Source: an uncultured Solibacteraceae bacterium (GTDB taxonomy: Bacteria > Acidobacteriota > Terriglobia > Bryobacterales > Bryobacteraceae). From it: a stretch of 64,000 nucleotides of DNA. The stretch spans positions 121,615-185,614 of the forward strand of contig CAWGTB010000012.1 in assembly GCA_963825405.1 (NCBI GenBank), given 5' to 3'. The position numbers and the translations under genes were made by a program. Below, in pieces: positions 58,923 through 64,000 of this stretch. Below the pieces are notes generated by a model, which made no database searches, was not told the DNA's origin, and saw only the letters and a list, made by a program, of their open reading frames with translations. The stretch's first letter is position 1. Every line of letters starts with the position of its first letter.

Positions 58923-61019
58923 GTGAAAACTTACGAAAGCAGGGATATACGCAACGTCGGTGTAGTGGGCCACGGCGGTTCAGGAAAGACCACGCTTACC
59001 GCCGCGGCATTGTTTACCACGGGAGCCACCAACCGGCTCACGCGCGTGGATGAAGGCAACACCATCACTGATTACGACGAGGACGAGATCGCCCGCAAGA
59101 TCACCATCTCGACCGCGGTGGCGTTTGCCGATTGGAAAAAAACCAAGATCAACATCCTGGATACCCCCGGCTACAACATCTTCATCAACGATACGCGCGC
59201 CTCGCTCGCCGCAGCCGATTCCGTGCTGGTCTGCGTGGATGCCGTAGCCGGCGTCGAAGTGCAGACCGAGAAAGTCTGGAGTTTCGCGGACGATTTCAAG
59301 CTGCCGCGCGCTATCGTGATCAACAAACTGGACCGGGAACGCTCGAGCTTTGAACGCACACTCGAAAATGTGCAATCCAATTTCGGCCGTACGGCGGTCC
59401 CCATTCAACTGCCCCTTGGCGGCGAGCGCGAATTCAAAGGCGTGGTCGATCTGGTCCGCATGAAGGCCTATGCCTACACGCCCGATGGCGATGGCAAAGG
59501 CCGCGAGAGCGACATTCCCGCCGACCTGGCCGACGCCGCGCAACTCGCCCACGAAGTGCTGGTCGAAATGGTGGCCGAAGGCAATGACGCTCTGCTCGAA
59601 GAGTTCTTCGAAAAGGGCACCTTGCCGGTCGAGCATATTCTGGATGGCCTCAAGACCGCCGTGCACGACCTGCGCCTGTTTCCGGTGCTGTGTCTTTCCG
59701 GGCAGCACAATATCGGCACTGACCAACTGCTGAACTTCATGGTGGAAAACCTCCCTGCCCCGACCGAGCGCGAACCAATCACCGCCACCCTCAACGGTCA
59801 GGAAGTGAAGCGCAAAATCGCGGCCACGGAGCCGGTTACGGCTTTCGTATTCAAGACCACGGCGGACCCATTTTCTGGGCGGATTACGTTCTTCAAGCTG
59901 TACTCCGGTATTCTTAAAAACGATTCCAACGTGCAGAATGTTAAGCGCGGCACCACCGAACGGCTGGCCCATATTGGCTGCCCGATGGGCAAAACCATTA
60001 CGCCTGTTACGGAGCTCTACGCGGGCGACATCGGTGTCGTCGCCAAGTTGAAGGACACGCTCACTGGCGATACCCTTGCCGACAGAACCTCGCTCATCGC
60101 CTTCCCCGCCGTGTCGCTGCCTGAGCCTTCCATCGCCTTCGCCATCGAAGCCAAATCGCGCCAGGATGAAGATCGCGTGGGCCACGCCCTGCACCGCATT
60201 CTGGAGGAGGATCAATCCCTGCGCTTTTACCGCGATCCGCAGACCAAGGAATTCCTGCTGGCCGGCACCGGGCAGCAGCATCTGGAGATTATCGTCAGCC
60301 GCCTGAAGAAACGCTACGGGGTGGATGTCGCGCTCAAGAGCCCCAAGATTCCCTATCGCGAGACCATACGCGGCAAAGCCGACGTCCAGGGACGTCATAA
60401 AAAGCAGACCGGCGGACATGGGCAATTTGGCGACTGCTGGATTCGGATGGAGCCTCTGCCGCGCGGCGCCAAGTTTGAGTTCGTCAACGATATCTTCGGC
60501 GGCTCGATTCCCAAAAACTATATCCCGGCGGTGGAAAAGGGCATCATCGAGACCGCCGAAAAGGGCTTCCTGGCAGGGTTTCCCATGGTCGATTTCCGCG
60601 TGACCCTCTACGACGGCTCCTACCACGATGTGGATTCCTCCGAGCTTTCATTCAAACTGGCCGCCCGTAAAGCCTTCAAAAACGCCATGCAGCAGGCCAA
60701 ACCGACGTTGCTTGAGCCCATCATGAATGTGGAAATTCAGGCACCGGTGGAGTATGCCGGCGACCTGATGGGCGATTTGAACGGTCGCCGAGGCCGTATT
60801 GCCGGCATGGACACCAAAGGCCACACCCAGTTTATTCGCGCCCAGGTGCCAATGGCTGAAATGTTAAACTACCAAAACGATCTAACTTCAATGACACAGG
60901 GCCGGGCTTCATTCCATATGGAGTTCGACCATTACGATTTCGTGCCGGCGCTGCAGGCGGACAAGATAATCGCCGCCGCCAAGGAAGGGCGTACAGGGGA
61001 AGAGGAAGAAGAGGAATAA
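58923..61019 (+). CDS. elongation factor G paralogue (EF-G2 type)
   Basis: GTG start 8 nt after GGAGG. G1 motif GHGGSGKTT (not AHIDAGKTT), DTPGY, NKLD, and domains II-V. It is not in an rpsL-rpsG-fusA context. Confidence 0.9.
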   Translation: MKTYESRDIRNVGVVGHGGSGKTTLTAAALFTTGATNRLTRVDEGNTITDYDEDEIARKITISTAVAFADWKKTKINILDTPGYNIFINDTRASLAAADSVLVCVDAVAGVEVQTEKVWSFADDFKLPRAIVINKLDRERSSFERTLENVQSNFGRTAVPIQLPLGGEREFKGVVDLVRMKAYAYTPDGDGKGRESDIPADLADAAQLAHEVLVEMVAEGNDALLEEFFEKGTLPVEHILDGLKTAVHDLRLFPVLCLSGQHNIGTDQLLNFMVENLPAPTEREPITATLNGQEVKRKIAATEPVTAFVFKTTADPFSGRITFFKLYSGILKNDSNVQNVKRGTTERLAHIGCPMGKTITPVTELYAGDIGVVAKLKDTLTGDTLADRTSLIAFPAVSLPEPSIAFAIEAKSRQDEDRVGHALHRILEEDQSLRFYRDPQTKEFLLAGTGQQHLEIIVSRLKKRYGVDVALKSPKIPYRETIRGKADVQGRHKKQTGGHGQFGDCWIRMEPLPRGAKFEFVNDIFGGSIPKNYIPAVEKGIIETAEKGFLAGFPMVDFRVTLYDGSYHDVDSSELSFKLAARKAFKNAMQQAKPTLLEPIMNVEIQAPVEYAGDLMGDLNGRRGRIAGMDTKGHTQFIRAQVPMAEMLNYQNDLTSMTQGRASFHMEFDHYDFVPALQADKIIAAAKEGRTGEEEEEE

Positions 61020-61150
61020 GGTATACTAGTGACTTGGGGTCGGATTCTTCCCGCAGGTTCCGGCCCGGTTGATCCTCAAGTGCCGATGTTGTAGAGTCTT
61101 AGGGTTCGCAGAAGCGGGATAGTGCTGGAAAACGAACTTCGAGGTTCGCA

Positions 61151-62806
61151 TTGGCTTTTCGCCTGAAGACGCCGAGATGGTTTTTGCTACCGGTAGTGGT
61201 CCTTTGTGGCTGCAGCGCCATCCAACCTCCGCAGAAGTTCCTCCGGTCATTCATGCCGCCCACGCCGCGCCCTGTCCCGGTGGATGTAAGCGCGATCGAG
61301 CAGCCCACCGTAGAACCCAGTCCCCTCGCTAACAGCGTGCCCGCATTGCTGGACAACGTGGCCACCGGCTCGGCGGGTGCCAAACGGTCGGACAGCCTGC
61401 TGGAACGCGCTCAGCGGCATTTTGAGCAGGGCCGCAAGTTTATCCAGATCAACGAAGCGGACCAGGCGCGCACAGAATTCGATACCGCCATAGATCTTAT
61501 GCTGGAGGCTTCGCAGAATACCTCCAACCGGGAGCGCTACGAATCCAAACTGGAAGAAATGGTGGATGCCATCCATCGCTACGATCTTGATGGTTTGGGA
61601 AGCGCCGCCCCAGTCGATGAGCCGCAATTCGAAAAGGCGCCGCTCGAAGATATTCTCACCATGACCTTCCCGGTCGATCCCAGCATCAAGAACAAGGTGC
61701 TGGAAGAAGTGCAGGCAACGGTTTCGCAGCTTCCGCTTTCCACGAATGACGCCGTTCTGGGCTATATCCATTACTTTTCCGGGCGCGGGCACAATACCAT
61801 GATCGCCGGCCTGCAAAGGGCGGGACGCTATCGGCCTATGATTCAGCGCATCTTGGACGAAGAAGGGCTGCCCCCGGAGTTGATCCATCTTGCGCAGGCG
61901 GAATCCGGTTTCCTGCCGCGCGCCGTTTCACGTAAAGCCGCTGCCGGGATGTGGCAATTCGTCGCCTGGCGGGGCAATGAATATGGCCTGGCGCAAAGCC
62001 GGTTCGCCGACGACCGCCTGGATCCGGAAAAGGCCACGCGCGCCGCTGCCCGCCACTTGCGCGATCTCTACCAGAAATTCGGCGACTGGTACCTGGCCAT
62101 CGCCGCTTACAACTGCGGCCCGGGCAACGTGGAGAGGGCCGTCGAGCGCACGGGGTTTGCGGACTTTTGGGAATTGCGCAATCGCCGGGCTTTACCCATC
62201 GAGACCACCAATTACGTGCCGATCATTCTGGCCATGACCGTCATGGCTAAAAATGCGACCGCGTATGGACTGGAAGGCGTTGTGCCGGAAACGCCGGTCG
62301 ATTACGACACCGTTCCGATTACCCATCCCACGCAGTTGGCGCTCATTTCCGATCTCACCGACGTACCCGTCTCTCAGTTCGCAGCTTTGAACCCAGCGCT
62401 TTTGCGCAGCCCGATTCAGCCGAATTATTTATTGCGGGTGCCTAAGGGGCTGGCGGGCTCTCTGGTCGCCTCGCTCGACCTGGTTCCGGCCGAGCGGCGG
62501 GCGTCCTGGCGGCTGCATAGGGTGGAAGCAGGCGAAACCGTGGCTACTATCGGCAAGCGCTATCACACCGCGCCGGCGACGATCCTGGCCGCCAACCACT
62601 TGAGCCAGGAATCGCCCGTAGCCGGCGACAGGCTGCTGATACCAGTGGCCTATCAGGAGCCCGCTGCCGCTAAGAGCACGGCCAAACGGCCGGCGGCCAA
62701 GCGTGCATCCACTCATCGGGCCAGCCACACCACTACCCCCGCCGCCCGCCCGGTCAGCAGCACGGTCCGCAAGTCGCCGAACCAGGTAACTCTGGCGGCC
62801 CGCTAG
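61151..62806 (+). CDS. membrane-bound lytic murein transglycosylase D-like lipoprotein (SLT domain plus C-terminal LysM)
   Basis: TTG start and lipobox VVLCGC. Contains AQAESGFLPRAVSRKAAAGMWQF and YLAIAAYNCGPGNVERAV. LysM region HRVEAGETVATIGKRY. Confidence 0.85.
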   Translation: MAFRLKTPRWFLLPVVVLCGCSAIQPPQKFLRSFMPPTPRPVPVDVSAIEQPTVEPSPLANSVPALLDNVATGSAGAKRSDSLLERAQRHFEQGRKFIQINEADQARTEFDTAIDLMLEASQNTSNRERYESKLEEMVDAIHRYDLDGLGSAAPVDEPQFEKAPLEDILTMTFPVDPSIKNKVLEEVQATVSQLPLSTNDAVLGYIHYFSGRGHNTMIAGLQRAGRYRPMIQRILDEEGLPPELIHLAQAESGFLPRAVSRKAAAGMWQFVAWRGNEYGLAQSRFADDRLDPEKATRAAARHLRDLYQKFGDWYLAIAAYNCGPGNVERAVERTGFADFWELRNRRALPIETTNYVPIILAMTVMAKNATAYGLEGVVPETPVDYDTVPITHPTQLALISDLTDVPVSQFAALNPALLRSPIQPNYLLRVPKGLAGSLVASLDLVPAERRASWRLHRVEAGETVATIGKRYHTAPATILAANHLSQESPVAGDRLLIPVAYQEPAAAKSTAKRPAAKRASTHRASHTTTPAARPVSSTVRKSPNQVTLAAR

Positions 62807-62838
62807 ATCGCGGCCTTCCATTTTCTTGTTTTTCCCTA

Positions 62839-62866
62839 TTGCTACGCCAACAAAACGGGTTATGCT
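62839..62866 (+). promoter_or_regulatory. candidate promoter TTGCTA, 16-nt spacer, TATGCT upstream of the H1-like gene
   Basis: Hexamers read directly. GGAGG lies 8 nt upstream of the ATG at 62904. Confidence 0.3.
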
Positions 62867-62903
62867 ATCTGTTAAACTGTGACCCTAGCAGGAGGCATGC
62901 GGA

Positions 62904-63452
62904 ATGTTGGAACAGTATCAACTCGCTCCCAAGGATGAAGACGAGATGGAAGACTTTCGCGATTTCGACGACGAACATTCAGACCTAGGCTCCAAACTCG
63001 ACGAGTTTGCCGACGAGGAGGAGGACGAAGAAGAAATAGATGTTCTGGTTGTGCAAACGGTCGTGAAGGCGCCCGAGGATCCTCTGAGTCTGGCGGTTCC
63101 GCCGGCTCCCGCAGTTCCACCACCCCCCGCCAAGAAGCCGGTGGAAAAAGCTACCGCTCCGGCGGCTCCCAAAGCCCCAGCTAAGGCTGCGGCCAAGGCT
63201 CCTGCGAAGGCTGCTATCAAGAAAGCGGCGCCGAAGCCGGCAGCTAAAAAGGCTGCGGTAAAAAAGGCTGCTCCCAAGGCCGCAAAGAAAAAGGCTCCGG
63301 TAAAGAAGGCGAAGAAAGCCGCTCCGAAAAAGGCCGCCAAGAAAGCGCCGTCGCGCAAAGCTGCGAAGAAGGCGCCCAAGGCAGCCCCGAAGAAAGCTTC
63401 TTCCAAGAAGAAGGGCGGGAAAAAGAAGAAGGGCTCCAAAAAGAAGAAGTAG
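62904..63452 (+). CDS. bipartite protein: acidic N-terminal region plus histone-H1-like Lys/Ala/Pro-repeat tail (AlgP/Hc-like nucleoid protein candidate)
   Basis: N-terminus DEDEMEDFRDFDDEHSD...EEEDEEEIDV. The C-terminal ~110 aa consist of AAKKA/PKKAA-type repeats ending KKKGGKKKKGSKKKK. Confidence 0.7.
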   Translation: MLEQYQLAPKDEDEMEDFRDFDDEHSDLGSKLDEFADEEEDEEEIDVLVVQTVVKAPEDPLSLAVPPAPAVPPPPAKKPVEKATAPAAPKAPAKAAAKAPAKAAIKKAAPKPAAKKAAVKKAAPKAAKKKAPVKKAKKAAPKKAAKKAPSRKAAKKAPKAAPKKASSKKKGGKKKKGSKKKK

Positions 63453-63486
63453 CGCGCCCGGACGTCAGCGCTACCATTCGGCCAAC

Positions 63487-63514
63487 AGAGGACCGGCGCC
63501 GCAGCCGGTCCTCT
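63487..63514. terminator. 11-bp-stem hairpin between convergent genes (possible bidirectional terminator)
   Basis: AGAGGACCGGC-gccgca-GCCGGTCCTCT, with a weak T tract (cctttac) on the plus strand. Confidence 0.45.
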
Positions 63515-63517
63515 CCT

Positions 63518-63736
63518 TTACTTCGCGAGAAGTCCCCGGCACCGTTCGAACAACTGCAGCAGCGCGTCGGCGTATTCTTCCGACGATCGCGAGGCCTTGC
63601 CCATGAACCCGGTATCGGAGGCCGCGACTTTGCCATAACCGGTAGTCACAGCGATGAATTTCATCAGTTCCAGCGCCACTTCGTCTTTACTACGCGCGTG
63701 ATCCGCACCGGTGGTCTCCGCTTTTTCCTCGGCCAT
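63518..63736 (-). CDS. hypothetical 72-aa protein
   Basis: ORF with normal amino-acid composition. No motif recognised. Confidence 0.4.
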   Translation of the reverse strand: MAEEKAETTGADHARSKDEVALELMKFIAVTTGYGKVAASDTGFMGKASRSSEEYADALLQLFERCRGLLAK

Positions 63737-63789
63737 ATCTGCTGTTTCTCCTCGAACGTGTGATAAAACTCTAGATTACTTCATTTCCG

Positions 63790-64000
63790 ATGCCGCTCAC
63801 CGCCCGCCGGCACATCCGCAAGATGCGTGGAGGCGCCCAGGCACATCTCGTCGAAGCCGATGACGGCGCGTTCTACGTCGTCAAGTTCCAGGATAACCCG
63901 CAGCATCGCCGTATTCTGGTCAACGAATTGGTGAGCTCGGTGCTGCTGCAATACTTGCAGCTGGCCACTCCGGCAACGGCCGTCATCCACATCACAGAAG
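63790..64000 (+). CDS. HipA-like (PI3/4-kinase-fold) family kinase, N-terminal fragment cut by window edge
   Basis: The plus-strand ATG at 63790 gives MPLTARRHIRKMRGGAQAHLVEADDGAFYVVKFQDNPQHRRILVNELVSSVLL. This resembles the R.GG....V.ADD..YVVKF N-terminus of HipA-like kinases. Confidence 0.5.
   Translation, partial: MPLTARRHIRKMRGGAQAHLVEADDGAFYVVKFQDNPQHRRILVNELVSSVLLQYLQLATPATAVIHITE

Noticed and set aside
61020-61150. Possible c-di-AMP (ydaO-type) riboswitch upstream of the lytic transglycosylase gene, considered because cdaA is in the window and such riboswitches often precede cell-wall hydrolases.
   Set aside because: I could not recognise the pseudo-two-fold conserved core or a convincing pairing scheme by eye. 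A covariance-model scan would be needed, so I make no claim.
62918-63636. ORFs 62918..63439 and 63244..63636 on the minus strand.
   Set aside because: They are low-complexity Phe/Ala/Gly or Ser/Pro/Trp-rich translations of the complement of the Lys/Ala repeat DNA of the H1-like gene.
63781-63990. 69-aa minus-strand ORF listed in the ORF track.
   Set aside because: The opposite strand encodes a recognisable HipA-like kinase N-terminus that runs off the window. The minus ORF is its shadow.
1-64000. CRISPR arrays, tRNA/rRNA genes, integrases, restriction-modification genes, or other defence or prophage hallmarks.
   Set aside because: None seen. Intergenic regions are short (mostly under 250 nt). 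The only repeats are intragenic low-complexity tracts. Apart from the IS630 and antitoxin relics, the window looks like core chromosome.

Overview
GC-rich, gene-dense bacterial chromosomal segment with about 60 CDS. I saw no rRNA, tRNA, CRISPR array, integrase or intact IS element. The gene content suggests Acidobacteriota (inference only): an ADOP-type duplicated orphan permease, several MacB/FtsX-type permeases without ATPases, DUF1080 proteins, and many Tat- or lipoprotein-exported enzymes. Most genes are housekeeping or metabolic. They include the cdaA-cdaR-glmM c-di-AMP operon, a methylmalonyl-CoA mutase catalytic subunit, scpA-scpB-rluB, mutL, thiG, an EF-G2 paralogue, a glycogen-debranching-type enzyme, a PQQ dehydrogenase, glcE-glcF, purine salvage genes (exported nucleosidase plus AzgA permease), a deoxyhypusine-synthase-like enzyme and two enolase-superfamily enzymes. 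The strongest sequence-level signal is frame disruption. At least 9 conserved genes carry 11 frame breaks, and every break I could resolve is repaired by skipping exactly one nucleotide (downstream frame +1). glmM and mutL are each hit twice. This points to an insertion-error-prone assembly (unpolished long-read or MAG). A real mismatch-repair-deficient lineage is a less likely alternative. Several loci deserve follow-up. One efflux locus has three tandem paralogous membrane-fusion proteins plus a MacB-type permease and TolC but no ATPase; two of the adaptors carry long disordered inserts, one with 16 consecutive Gly codons. There is also a Tat-exported LanC-like protein with CCG instead of the CHG zinc motif, a protein with an acidic head and a histone-H1-like tail, and a single-ring ClpB-D2-type AAA+ gene in an operon with a pseudo-receiver/DUF3052 protein. 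A deoxyhypusine-synthase-like gene has a small HTH partner, and there are relics of an IS630 transposase and of an RHH antitoxin. I did not find a convincing self-contained novel defence or mobile system. All family assignments come from motif recognition by eye, not from searches.
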